DNA of 64,000 nt from Tubulanus polymorphus (Eukaryota; Animalia; Nemertea): the NCBI RefSeq assembly GCF_964204645.1, contig NC_134033.1, positions 6,720,231 to 6,784,230 of the forward strand, written 5' to 3'. Made by a program: the position numbers and the translations under genes. Shown one piece after another: positions 39,661 to 53,000 of the stretch. Under the pieces are notes generated by a model, which was not told the DNA's origin, made no database searches, and saw nothing but the letters and a program-made list of their open reading frames with translations. How positions within the stretch are numbered: the first letter of the stretch is position 1; each line of letters begins with the position of its first letter.

Positions 39661-41200
39661 TGTAGCTCGTGGTATTTCTATGATTTTGGTGAGTTTCAAT
39701 GTCATTGGGTTTTGTATATGGTCACCAGGGGCGTTGAATGGTAAGGTAACTTAGTATTTCCATATTATATTGGTACCTATGCATATTTTGTAACTACAAT
39801 CAATTGCAAATTGTAGCTCATGGATTATTCTATGATTTTGGTGAGTTTCAATGTCATTGGTTTTTGTATATGGTCACCAGGGGGCGTTGTATTGTACAAT
39901 ACATTAGTTTTTCCATACTGGTATCTATGCATATTTTGTAACCACGATCAATTGCAAGGTTGTAGCTCTTGTCATATCTTATGATTGTGGTGAGTCTTAA
40001 GGCCATTTGGGTTTTGTATATGGCCACCAGGGGGCGTTGAATAGTAAGATCACTTAGTGCAGTTGCGGGTATGGATTCTTCACCAATGTTATGGTCGCGT
40101 ATGTCTACCAGTGTTGTGAATCCGGGTTGGGTTCTCCAACTAGCGTTGTGGTAATGATTTTCCCGACGATGTTGCGAGGGACACTCTCTTAGGTCGGATC
40201 TCAGTCCTTGTCCTTGGTCTTGACTTTCTTACACGGCTCCCGGATATAACTTAACAATTTGTTAAGTTATCTTTCGTTTATTTTCTCTTACCAGATGTAT
40301 ACAAGATCATTCCCCGGAGCTCTCCCTAAAACCTCTTCTCTCCAGCCACCTCTAAAGCTTTCTTAAACCCTTTTATATTATTTTATCTTTAGTAACGTGT
40401 GCAGGCCCTCTTCCACACATGGCTTGGAATTCATGGATTGTCACGTATTCATACGTCACAACATTCCTCCCATCCATGTATGGGTGATGACGTATCTGCA
40501 CACGTCACAATTACCTATAAATATCCTTTTGCACTCACCAGAGCTCATGGCCGCGCCATATTAGGTTTACCTACGTAGACACATACGTCAGTTCCAGACT
40601 TGTTTATTTATATAACTTCTATTTTTGTTTATGTATGACGTACGCATCAACGCAGGTTGCCTGGCAATAAAAACACTAGCCATGAACTCCAGCTTCCGTA
40701 CATTTATCCAAACTACTAAACTATCAGAACAACTGTACTTCCATACTATATTGGTACCTATGCATATTTTGTAACTACAATCAATTGCAAATTGTAGCTC
40801 ATGGAATATTCTATGATTGTGGTGAGTGTCTAGGTTATTGGTTTCAGTATATGGTCACCAGGGGGCGTTGAATAGTAGAATAAATTAGTACATGTATTTC
40901 CATATCATATTGGTACCTAGGCATATCTTGTTACCACAATAAATTTCAAAATTCTAACTCATGACATGTTCATGATTGTGGTGAGCGGCAAGGTATTTGG
41001 TGTTTGTATATGGGCACCAGTGGGCGTTGAATAGTACAATAACTTAGTCATATTTTATTGGTACCTAGGCATATTTTGTTACCACGATCTATTGCTTAGT
41101 TGTAGCTCTTAACATGTTCTATAAACATAGTAAGTTTCGAGGTATTTGCTTTTTGCATATGGTCACCAGGGGCGTTCAATAGTAGGATAACTTTGTATTT
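39661..41200. repeat. ~150-bp tandem satellite (GGTCACCAGGGGGCGTTGAATAGT unit), interrupted at 40060-40735
   Basis: TGTAGCTC recurs at 39661, 39812, 39962, 40793 and 41101; preceded by an (AGC)n microsatellite. Confidence 0.9.
40060..40735. mobile_element. 676-bp insertion at a TA site with 6-bp CAGTTG...CAACTG termini
   Basis: Interrupts the satellite unit CTTAG-TA-TTTCC; flanks are TG and TA; no ORF. Confidence 0.55.
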
Positions 41201-44200
41201 GCATAGAATATGCAAATTCGAAAACAACACATGCAAATTCGACTTCACACGCTTAGTTTAAGGAATCACACACTGTGAATTCGATTTCCCACAAAAGAAT
41301 TCACACGTGTGAATTCGATTTCAACTTGTTTTTCATTTTCAAACTCCCTGAAAATGACCATGACAGGCAGGTGTTTATTTCAATTTTCTCTAAACATGAA
41401 TTTTTGGGAATATTGACTAACAGCAGGCAGCATTTGTACTTTTAATAGAAATATTTGGAATCAACCTTTCTTTGTTACCTTAAAGCTAATATACCCAGGC
41501 TTTTATTAGTGAAATGTGTCAAAAATAGGTTTGCGGGCATTCACTCAGACAAGAACCGAGAAATCACTACATATACTCCTACTGCTGAATGCAAACATCG
41601 CCAGAAATGTCATTTACACAGTCTTCGTGCTTTGCTGATTGATTAACACGAAGGACCAAGGCAGGTCTTGGGTGGTGCGTGTCCAATTTCACACGCAACA
41701 ATACCATCTTCAATGTACTTTGTCGAACGAATTTATCCGAACCACCTGGAGATAACATTTCAACTTTGTAACCAAACTCGTGACCCGTAGTAACGGTAGT
41801 TTGAACCCCAATAAAATGGAAAATGCGACAAGAATGCAATCCGACACTCGCCCGAACGGATTTTCGCACTCGGCCGGAAATAAGAGATAATTAGGTATCA
41901 TTCCTTGGCCTAATGTTTGATGATAATTCCGGAATTGGAAATGTTTAACTAGCTTCCAACAACAAGAGTAGAAATGAATGGCAAATTATCGTTTTGGCAG
42001 AGCAGTTCCTCTTTCATTTTGATTGCTAATGGATACCTGATGGTTTTCAATGGGTGAAATATTTGCTATTGGCTACGTTGAATGAAAATAACGTATTACG
42101 TATATGATGATTGTCGGTCTTAGGCCGAAATGAAAACAAGAAAACTAAAGCTAAAAAATGATACCTTTTTCTCCGCAGCGGCCGGGTCGAAAAGAATCAT
42201 GCTGAAAATTCTTAGAAATAAAATCCTGTCGGCCCCTTCGAAAAGCAGGTGTGAATTTGATCTAAAATAAAATCCGGCCTGCTGGGTGAATATAAAACTT
42301 AATTTGAGCTGATATTTATAATTTATTGTACATAAATCGGGAGAACTTCATCGGAGCGACACGCGCACCAATCCACTGAATCCTTGCTCGATAAAAAAGA
42401 CATTAGCGATAGTAGCGCTTGTGAAGGTTCAACGCCGTTCATGTTCACGGTGATTAAATTGAACATGATGCTTATGAGTCAATGAAAATTTATAGGGCCC
42501 AATTGGTATCCCGTATGTATTTCATTTTAGAAAAATAACTTTGGTTTACCATGTTTATGTAGGAACATCGTTCTCACGCTTGGGGCCACGGAAGGAGTTG
42601 AGTGTTTGCTTATTCTTCACTTATTCTTTCTAAAGGCTGAGCGAGTCGAACCATTTTACCTGGTATAGTTAAATAATTTGCATAGAACAGAAAATACAGA
42701 TAAACGAGCGGGAACACCCACTCTCTGTCTTCGTGACAAAATTCGCCTGTAGTATTTTTTGTTACTTAATACCGGTGGCAATATGTCATTTGAAACTGTC
42801 GAACCCCGATATATTGATGCCGTACACGCCCTCTCAAAAATAATTATCAAAATTTAGATGAAAAGAGATGAAATGTATTTAGTTGTGCAGATGTATACTG
42901 CATAAACATGAAAAATTAGTGCGCAATACATATTGTCAACAACATTCGCGCTGCCGCGTTGGTCTGTCCTCTTTTCCCGGATGATTTGATTGCAGTTTCA
43001 AATATCACCCTGAATATCATATAAATTATATATTTCAGAGATCGTTTACAGTACAATTGCTGCTACTGGTGTGTATAACCACAGTTGCCACGATAAATGA
43101 TGAAAAGATTTTTAGCATAGAAGAAGATATTGCTAAGAGGCACTGCCAAGATGTTAGTTTGTGAAAGAAAGTATTTTTATGGTTAAAATCGATCGATACC
43201 GAGATGAACAATTTAGTGAAATTTCCTTTCAGAATTGTAGCTTGGAAATGATAGTGTGTGCATCGCGATGTGAAAATGGAAACATCGTATGCGTGAACAA
43301 GTGTGACAGCAACAAGATTATTTGTCAAAACAGTTGTTAGGCGATATGCTGAAAAGTGTGCCAAAGATGTTTCATCTTCGACAAATAAGCACTCCATTAA
43401 AGTAGAATATTGGCCTGAATAAATTATCTTCCATTACTTTCATCTTATTGTTATGGGAAAACGATGATTCACACTTTCCAAGCGCACGACGCAAGATCGC
43501 CGAGATTGATATATTGCCAGTGGTACGAAAAATGTCTCGTTTTAGCGGCCGCGCCGTGGCATATTTTTAGCCCACTTGGGACTTAAGTCCCAGCGTTCAC
43601 TTTTCGTCCGCCTGGCCACTGTTCGTTCGTCCGTATTCAGGGCCGTCGGAACAGGGGCGGCAGTTTTTTTTGCTTAACAAAATTTTTTTCAAAAGCACGC
43701 TGTACCGCGTAGCAGCTCGTCGTTCTCTGTACTAGGTGGTTGGCTCACGACTTATCATGCTTCTGTGTAAATGAGACCGTGAAATGTCCCCAAAACGCAT
43801 CTCCGGCGATTGAATTTTCAAAATTTTTCTAGGGCAGGGCCCCAGACCCCCTTCAGAAATAAGCCTCGCCACTGAAAAATTCCTTCCGACGTCTCTGGTA
43901 TTTTGGGAAGTTTTGAAGATGCTTTGATGGATTGTCTCGATCCGTTGGTTTATACTGATCCGCAGCAAGATTTCGTAGTAGCTAAGAAATGTTTGTATTG
44001 TTGGCTTTTGTATGCGTTGGTGGTTATCAATTTTTTTTTAAATATATATAAAGCTTTATTTCAGGGAAAATTTTACAATATGTTATTTTGCTAAGGTCAA
44101 AAGTCGACATTAATAGCAAAGTTATAAATATTTAATATTGAAAAGACCGCTATGTAGAAAAAAGACTATTACAATTATTAAGAACAAAATAATAATAATA

Positions 44201-44249
44201 ATAATAGTAGTAGTAGCAGTAGCAGTAGCAGTAGCAGCAGCAGCAAGTT

Positions 44250-44995
44250 TCTTTCAGCTATATTTTGGTAGGTACTGAAGAGTGATAAGACATAAGAGGG
44301 GTGTATACATTTTGAAAATTTATACATGAAAACTTTTTGTCACTCGAGGCACCTGATTGATAATGATTGCCAGTTAAGGACATCTAAAACTTTTTCTCTA
44401 CTAGAACCCATGATACAGCCAGATACTATGATAGCAGATTGGTGATGGAGCCGTTCAAGCCTATCTAGAGTTGTTTTGTTGGCGCTACTAAATATTACAT
44501 CAATACTCAAAGTGTGGGTATATAAATGAACTGTAGATTGTGTTCAGGTGTCGTGATTTTAATTTATGCTTTAATGATTTTAGCGGATTTAAAAGCTTTT
44601 GTACCTTTTCATAAATAGATTCAACATGTTTTTTGGAAACGTAGATTTGAGTCTAAGATAAAACCAAAGTGCTTATGTGACGTTTAACTTGGGATACGAA
44701 TACCGTTTAAAAAAAAAGGATTATAATTCTTGATGTCACTTTTACAAAATGTGACATCACAACTCTTACTAGGCTTAAACTCAAGATCCCAGCAAAGTGC
44801 CCACTTCGAGATATTATCAAGATCTGACTGGACGGCTCGATTACCAGGGTACGGGTCAGTTGGATCAATACTAGAATATAAGGAGGTATCATCTGCATAC
44901 AAAAACACAGTACTGCTTAATCCATCGGGAAGATCATTAATATACAACAAAAATAGCAATGGACCCAAAATTGATCCCTGTGGTACGGAGCTGGC
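44250..44995 (-). pseudogene. 5'-truncated LINE RT fragment, same family as 35600-39500
   Basis: SSVPQGSILGPLLFLLYINDLP...LYADDTSLY...WDLEFKPSKSCDVTF. Confidence 0.9.
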
Positions 44996-45711
44996 CAAAA
45001 AACTGGTTCGATAAGATTCAAGCTGGCCGATAAGGGGCTATTCTTGTTCGCAAAAATCGGCACTTTTTACACATTTTTGAAGTTTTCAAAGTAAATTTTG
45101 AAAACGCTTCTATTAATTATCTAGGTCTTTCACACATATTTGTACCCCCTATGGTGTATCAGCAAAAGTACATCGGTCGATCGGACACAAGATAGCTGTC
45201 ATCTTAGCCTTTTTTGTGTCATGTTTCATTGGATCCTTGAACATATCCGACAGACAGATTTTCCGATCAGTGATGCGCGACGCAATATCGGTAGCCATTT
45301 TAGTGTCATCAGTCCTCATAGAAAAAGTTTTTATTTTGTGGAAAGTATTGACGGGTTTTAACTAATAGTTTGATCAGCGGCGAATCCAAGGGGAGGGGCA
45401 CAGTGTGCGCGTGCACCCCTCCTTAAGTCCTCATTAGTTTGTGATTGGTTTTTTTATAAGTAATGAAGTGAAATTTGGGAAAAATCAATATTTAATTTGC
45501 GAATAGAAACGTTCTCTCTGATTGTGCCTAGAGCACGTCTCCACGCATCTTTTTATAAGAAATTCTGGGGGAGGACGCCTAGACCTTCCATCCCAATGCG
45601 TGCACCCCCTCTCTGAAATCCTGGATCCACCGCTGACTGATATTTGATCAGTGGTATCTCTGTCGCATCACCTCCTCGGACACGTGGAATTGGGTTGCAA
45701 AGTTTTTTGTT

Positions 45712-46035
45712 CTCGCCACCGGGGGAGTTGTAAATATCAAATTGTATACAATTTGCCTATTTGTATCATGGTACCTATTAATATTTTGTAACCGCAGTCA
45801 ATTGTAAAATTGTAGCTCATGACATGTTCTATGGTGAGTTTTCAGGTCATCGGCGTCGTATGTAGTCACCAGGGAGCGTTGAATAGCCAAAAAACTTAAT
45901 ATTTTCATATTGTATCAGTACCCAGGCATATTTTGTAACCACAATCTTGTAGCTCATGTGACGTACTCCATCATTGTGGTGAGGAGGTCATTGGCCTATA
46001 TGTTTTTGTTCACCATTGGGCGCTGGATAGCCAAA
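45712..46035. repeat. Further diverged units of the 150-bp satellite
   Basis: TGTAGCTCAT and CACCAGGGAGCGTTGAATAG units. Confidence 0.75.
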
Positions 46036-47332
46036 TAAAAAAGCATTTTCAAATGTCTGAAAATGTACCAATGTATAGAACAAGAGGACCATATGGTCCA
46101 TCCGGAACAGCTGTTTAAAATTGACTACCAGCAGCGTATAGTGGATCGCCAGCAGATTTGTCGTCAGTGAAAACTACGCACGCACGGGGTACAGGAAATT
46201 TCTTTCAATGGTGTCTGTCACTCTGCCTAGGTGAATAAACCCCAATTGCACAGCAGCACACTCATTTTCGACGATTGTTTTTTTTTTGTAAGCGACTGGA
46301 CCACAGAATGATGCCATTTACATTTTACTTTTTTTCTGATACTCTTTCAACGTCCCCGTAGCCAGGATTCTCACCGGACAAGCACAAACCTTGCCAGAAA
46401 AGGGCACAGTCCTGCGCGAAAAACTAAGCTAAAAACAAATGCCTTTACAAAGGCATGCAACGTGCGTGTTGGACTAGAATAGAATAGAATAGAATAGACT
46501 GATTTATCTACACTCCAACCATTTGATGGTTTAGGAATGAGAAAAGTATTTACAGAACAAACTAAATTCTTCATTGAATATCTTTCAATTTGTTTTCAGG
46601 AATAATGTTGTTCTTTGCTATCACATTTTTTCATGAGTGTGCTTTTTCCCACATCTGGAAGCAGCAACTTATGACAAACATTAAATCTTTTTCAAAACGA
46701 ATAAAACAGATTTTCCGTGGCCAGCACCTTCAAGAAATCGTGTCTGCCATAATATACTAATCCGATATGCACTATCCTAGACGTATCGGCCCCACTCCGC
46801 TGGGTGGCGCCACCGCGCGGGATCTACGCGAAGCAGCAGAACACAAACACGGCCACTCTCTCAATTTTCAATGATAGAAATCGTGTGTGCATTTCAATTA
46901 TTTCGGCTGTTAGGGTTTTAAGGCACAATATAAGTTGATGATGTGATATGGCGATGTTAATTAATGATAATTCCCCAGTGAAGCTAGTCACGAACGGTGC
47001 CGATTGAGTGTACAGCTGCCAAAAACACTGAAATGTGCGTAGTTGCGTAACTATTTGCAGTGAATTGCAGACGAAACATGAAGCCTTAACGGCCATTTTA
47101 AAAAAATTTATACCAATCGCAATTGTAAAATAAAAATGAGATAGAACCTAAGTTAAAATTCTGGCCATTTCTAAAATGTTATTAATTATTATTACTAATT
47201 TTTAGTCAGTGCGGAACGTTTACCTTTCCAACAATAATGAGGGGTGGTAGGTAGTCATGCAATTCAAGTCATCATTTATTACACGTTACTTCCGTGTTGT
47301 TGAAAATCTCGCGAGTCCTGGACTAAACCCCA

Positions 47333-48344
47333 ATGAACAATGTGATCTGTGTGCTGGCCACAAATGCACACCTCCCTCCCTCCCTCCCTCCCTCCCTCCC
47401 TCCCTCCCTCCCTCCCTCCCTCCCTCCCTCCCTCCCTCCCTCCCTCCCTCCCTCCCTCCCTCCCTCCCTCCCTCCCTCCCTCCCTCCCTCCCTCCCTCCC
47501 TCCCTCCCTCCCTCCCTCCCTCCCTCCCTCCCTCTACCATTGGGCGAAGCACACGCGCATTTATACTGGCACTATTTTCGACTTATAACGGACTTGGGCC
47601 CTACTGTTTACGGTACTACTACTGCTAGTACTAGGCCTGCTGCAACAAGAAATGTCGGGTCTACTTCGGCAACTGCTGTCACGATTCCTGAAGCCGAAGG
47701 TGATACGTTACCCGAAATTAGGGCTTCCCTTAGGCCAACGTCCAATCCGATTTTGCGGCAACGACATTTGTTTAGAACAGTACCAACTACTGGCCCAGTA
47801 GCATCCACAAGCCGGTAAGTTTCTATAAAGCATTTTTTAAACCTAAGATTTGCCCATTTACGAGGCGGCCTATCAATATATACAAAGGCCTATATCATGT
47901 GACAAATAATCAAAATATTTGGGGTTAGTTCTTACAAGCAGTAAAATAGCCCAATATGATTAGATTCTTTATCTTTTATTTACAGAAATACTCAACAATA
48001 CACACCCCAGGTAAGGATTAATCGCACTCACTTGTTTTGACTCACTTGGTTAGTCAAGCTATTGTTTATCAAAATAGGCTGAAGCAATTAAGAATACGTA
48101 AATATCTCATATCCATTTTGCCCTTACAGATTAGGCTTCCACCTTGGCAAGGGCGAAACCTTATTCACCCGTACCGCCCCAACTCTGGTAAGTCAAAATT
48201 GATAAGATTTAAGCCAGTTCTTTGCCGAGCTTACGTTAAGAATGCACGCTTTACTGTTTTGTTATCAATAGTTATACAGAAGAAAAAAAGGTGGCAGCTT
48301 TGCCCTTCACAACTTGGAGATATACCCCAACGCAGCAAGAGAAA
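47333..48344 (+). CDS. Unknown spliced ORF (4 exons), interrupted by the LTR; 5' part uncertain
   Basis: Exons ?-47814, 47986-48010, 48130-48187, 48280-48344 with GTAAG donors and TACAG acceptors join in one open frame: ...VASTSR NTQQYTPQ IRLPPWQGRNLIHPYRPNS EEKKVAALPFTTWRYTPTQQEK. Confidence 0.55.
47371..47533. repeat. (CCCT)n microsatellite, about 40 units
   Basis: Read directly from the sequence. Confidence 0.98.
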
Positions 48345-49042
48345 TGTGGCCGCCGCTTTTTCAGCTGCTGCACTTACGCCGGAAACGATCCTACTGATGA
48401 GGGTTACGGAACGACTCACCCACTGCGATAATAAACAAATGGAAATGAAACCAATAATAACTACTCGATTATTATTAAATTGTTTATTACACACATCCGC
48501 TCTTCACGGATGTATTCAGTGAATGACCCATCAATATATAAATCTGCATTAATTGATTACTGATATAGAAATACTTGTCAAATACTTATTACTCATTAAT
48601 GATCACTGATATAGAAATACTTATACATAACCCAATTCATAACATTAACAAATATAGACTGAGATTAAAATATGTAATTACTTCCGGGCGCCAAAACTCA
48701 AAACACTTCCGGCATCGGATATCCTCATCAACCCCAGCCATTTCAACTGAGAATTATTACAACAACCCATTAAACACCGATTCCAACCAGCTACCTACTA
48801 GCGGCGCTATAAAGATATTAAAATCCCACCTGCGATAATAAACAAATGGAAATGAAACCAATAATAACTACTCGATTATTATTAAATTGTTTATTACACA
48901 GATCCGCTCCTAACGGATGTATTCAGTGAATGACCCGGATTTCCGGTTTCATACCCTGAATAGAAGCACGGTGGCGCCGCAAGCTGGTTAAGATCAAAGT
49001 CCGCGCCGCGCATAATATTAATTCGAAGTACTCGCCGCCACA
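48345..49042 (-). repeat. 3' LTR of Gypsy element 1
   Basis: TGTGGC...GCCACA termini; purine-rich tract (GCGGGGAGTA on minus) abuts 49042; internal ~108-bp direct repeat (48421-48528 / 48829-48937). Confidence 0.8.
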
Positions 49043-49556
49043 TACTCCCCGCAGCCGTTAAATATCGTCCCCGATATTGAGTCTTAGGAGAAAACGCGAC
49101 GTTACAAAAATCTATTGAGATTAATTATAGAACTTACGTAAACTTATGAATACACTGGATATATTACCATCAACAGCTACTTACCCAGCAGCTGCAATTT
49201 ACCGGCAGTCTTATAAGAAATTGATGACCCGAAACTTACTCAGCAGGTTACACATCACACATTCAATACTCAAATAGATCACTCAATACTCACACACGAC
49301 TAGTTAAGCACCATAGTAATAATATCACTCCTCTAATATATAATATATATATATAGTGTATATATGTGAAAGACGTATCATTTCAACGATTCTCGTATCA
49401 TGTCCGAGACCGGATTTCCGGACACCTCCGGTTCTCTGGCATACAACATGAACATATCAACTCTCTGCCCAACTGCGTTTCATAAAGCATATACTCTCCT
49501 GACCTCTGCCATGCAGGGAGTCACCGAGTCCTAGGTGCTGGAACAGGTCGTACATT

Positions 49557-49891
49557 AGTAATAGGGATAATAGGCTTTCAAGCCAAAGGTCGAACGGTCG
49601 AGCTCGTAAAAAATGAAAAACATGAAAATAATAACAATTTCTACTTGAATTAGGAGTGAAACTCGTAACAATTCTCACGAATTCTCTAAAATAAATTCTC
49701 ACACGCTCGAATTTATTTTTCATTTTTATGAGTTTCACTCCTAATTCAAGTAGAAATTGTTATTATTTTCATGTTTTTCATTTTTTACTCACCCGCCCGT
49801 TAAACCTTTAGCTTGAAAGCCTATTATCCCTATTACTCTTAAAATAATCATGAATAACATTTAAATTGACAGATTATTCAATATAAAAAGT
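49557..49891 (+). repeat. Left TIR, containing an internal hairpin 49557-49837
   Basis: Reverse complement of 60784-61076; the terminal 27-mer recurs inverted at 49811-49837. Confidence 0.95.
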
Positions 49892-50037
49892 ATATATTTA
49901 CAACATTATTTCAATATTCATATTTGTGTGAGTTAGATTTTAAACATTAAAAGTGTTAGTAAAGTGTGATTGAAATAATACATGATATAAATCATTGAAC
50001 TTCTAAAATCAATTTTAATAAAAAATTTAGTATTAAA

Positions 50038-53000
50038 ATGGAAGCAAATAAGTACTACTGTCCAACATGTAATAGCAATATAGATAAATCCCAAAAAGCA
50101 AGACACAATAAAACTAAAACACATTTAGAGAATAAATTGAAACTAGAATATAAAGATGATATATTAGAAACTAAATTAGATGAATTAAAGAATGAAAAAG
50201 AAACATATAAATGTGATACATGTAATCAATCATTCAGTGATAAAAGATATTATAAAGAACATTTAAAATCTAAAAGTCATATTAGAAATAAGAATAATGA
50301 TATTTTAGGTGAAGATTATTTTGATAAAGATAATGATAAGAAACAGAAGACAATTAAAAGCATAAAAAATAAATTAAACAATAAAAGACCATACATGGAA
50401 GATGTAAGAAAATATATTAATTCATTAGATAATAAAAAAGATATAGAGATAACCGAAGCATTTAAAAGTGATATTGGTCCAGCAGCTATTGAGTTTAAAT
50501 TTCATAAAGGAAAAACATTAGAAGAAAATAAAAAACATTTAGAAAATATGAAAAATATTATAAAAATAATTACTGATGTTGAATATCCTAAAATAAGTAT
50601 ATCTTCTAAAGTTAAATTCATAAAATCTGAAGATAAACCAATATATAATATAAATTCTCATTCACAACATATTATATCTAAACAACATATAGATGATAAA
50701 TTAGATAAATGTTATAATGAAGTAAAAACTAAAATAGAAGAGAAATATTTTGAAGGATTTGGTTTAATATTTGATGAAATAATATTTATGACTTTACATG
50801 TTTATAACACAAAATATAATAAGTTAACTAAATCAAAACCAATTGATGAAAATAATGTATCATATTATAAAGAACCAGATATTGAAGCATCGAGTTATAT
50901 TAAACTACCATTTAAAACTAATGCTGTAATAAATGTACAAAATGAAGATGATAAATGTTTTCTATGGGCTATAATAAGTTGTTTACATCCAGTTGAAGAT
51001 TATAAACAACATAGTTTTAGATTAACTCATTATAAACAATTTGAAAATAATTATAAGATAAATAAGTATCCTGTTAGAGTTAAAAACATCCCAAAAATAG
51101 AAAGAGATAATAATATAAAGATAAATGTATTTGATTTAATCAAATTACCAAATACAAAAGGTAACAACATAAAACATTATACATTAGAACCTTTATATCT
51201 ATCAAAAGATTATGATTCAAACGATGTTATAGATATACTATATTATGAGAATCATTATATGTGGATTGAACAAATAGATTTATTTTTTAAATCAGAAAGT
51301 GATCACCAAAATAAAATATATCTTTGTAGAAAATGTTTACATAGATTCAGTAATGAAAGTACATTATTAAATCATAAACAATTATGTGAAAATCATGATT
51401 ATTGTAAATTAGTTTTACCAAATGAAAAAGATAAAATATTAGAATTCAAAAAATATGATTACAAAAATAAAGTACCATTTGGTATATATGGAGATTTTGC
51501 ATCATTAAATAAAGAATTAACTGATCAAGATAGAAAAGAAATATATTATAAAAGAAAGAAATTAAATTCTAATGAAAATGATTTTTCAGATGAACCACCA
51601 AAAACAAATACTATTAAAAAGATTCATCAATCAGCTGCGGCTTTCGGGTTATATATTAAATCTGATTATCCAGAACTAATTGAAAGTGAATATTATGATT
51701 ATAGAAATGAAAATGTTATAAATTATTTTTGTGACTTATTAATTGAATATGAAATAAGATTTAGTAAATTATTGAATACAAATATAAAAATAATTATGAC
51801 AGAAGAAGATAAAGAAGCATTTGCGTTTGCAGATAAATGTTATTATTGTGAAAAGATATTTAATTATAAAGATAAAAAAGTAAGAGACCATGATCATTTG
51901 AACGGAAAGTTTAGAGGCGCTGCACATGAGAATTGTAACTTACAAGCTAAGAAAATTAACTTTGTACCAGTTATATTTCATAATCTATCAGGATATGATG
52001 CACATTTATTCATCAAACAGTTATGTCATAAAATAGAAGAAATTAATAATGAAATAGAAAGATTAAATTCAAATAGATCAAAAGATAAAATACCAACTTA
52101 TAAATTTAGAATGTTAGCTAAAACATCTGAGAATTATATATCATTCCAATTTGGTTGCCTAAGATTTATAGATTCATATAGATTTTTAAATAGTTCATTA
52201 GATAACTTATCAAAATCATTAGTTGATGATGAATTGAAAATATTAAAACAACACTACCCAAATAATGATGATTTTCAATTAATGAGATATAAAGGAGCAA
52301 TTCCATATTCTTTCTATAAAAATCATAATGATTTTAACATAACTGAATTATTGAAAGAACAATTCTATGATGAATTAAAAAATTAATATGTTAAAGATGA
52401 AGTCTATAATAGAACATTGAATATTTGGAATCATTTCAAAATAGAAAATCATGGGCAATTAGTAGATTTATATTTAAAATCAGATGTATTATTATTAACT
52501 GATATATTCGAAAGGTTTAGAGATGTAAACCTAAAATATTTCAATATTGATCCTTGTCATTGTTATTCAAGTCCAGGATTAACATGGGATTGTGGATTAA
52601 AATTTACAGATATAAAAATGGATTTGTTAACAAATATAGATCAATTACTATTATTTGAAAACTCTATAAGAGGAGGAGTTTCAGGTGTATTAGGGGATAG
52701 ATATTTCAATGTAAATGATAACCCTGGATATAAGTTATTATATATACATGCAAATAATTTGTATGGTTGGGCAATGATGGAACCACAACTTTATGGAGTA
52801 TTTGAAATAAGTGAAGTTTTACAGAATGAAAATAATGATAAATTTGATTGGAAGAAAAGAATCCTAGATATTGCAGATGATTCAGATACTGGTTACTTCG
52901 TTGTTGTAGATTTAGAATATCCTGAACATATTAAATTTAAATCTAGAAATGTAGCTTACTGTCCCGAACATAAAACTGTAACTCATGAAGAATTATCAAG

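Larger units (their letters stand above)
46782..48344. mobile_element. Repeat family B, longer copy, truncated on the right by a Gypsy LTR
   Basis: 46782-47370 matches 36572-37150; starts after TCCTAGA. Confidence 0.7.

Noticed and set aside
39661-41200. Regularly spaced repeats resembling a CRISPR array
   Set aside because: Whole ~150-bp units are similar with no unique spacers, there are no cas genes, and the context is eukaryotic.
41455-43397. ORFs of 60-120 aa on minus (41579, 43035)
   Set aside because: At most very decayed LINE C-terminal remnants; too weak to call.
47257-47628. PPSL / GGRE repeat ORFs in several frames
   Set aside because: Translation artefacts of the (CCCT)n microsatellite; only the frame that joins the downstream exons is kept, tentatively.
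49457-49738. 93-aa minus ORF
   Set aside because: It spans the Polinton TIR / Gypsy junction, so it is a chance chimera.
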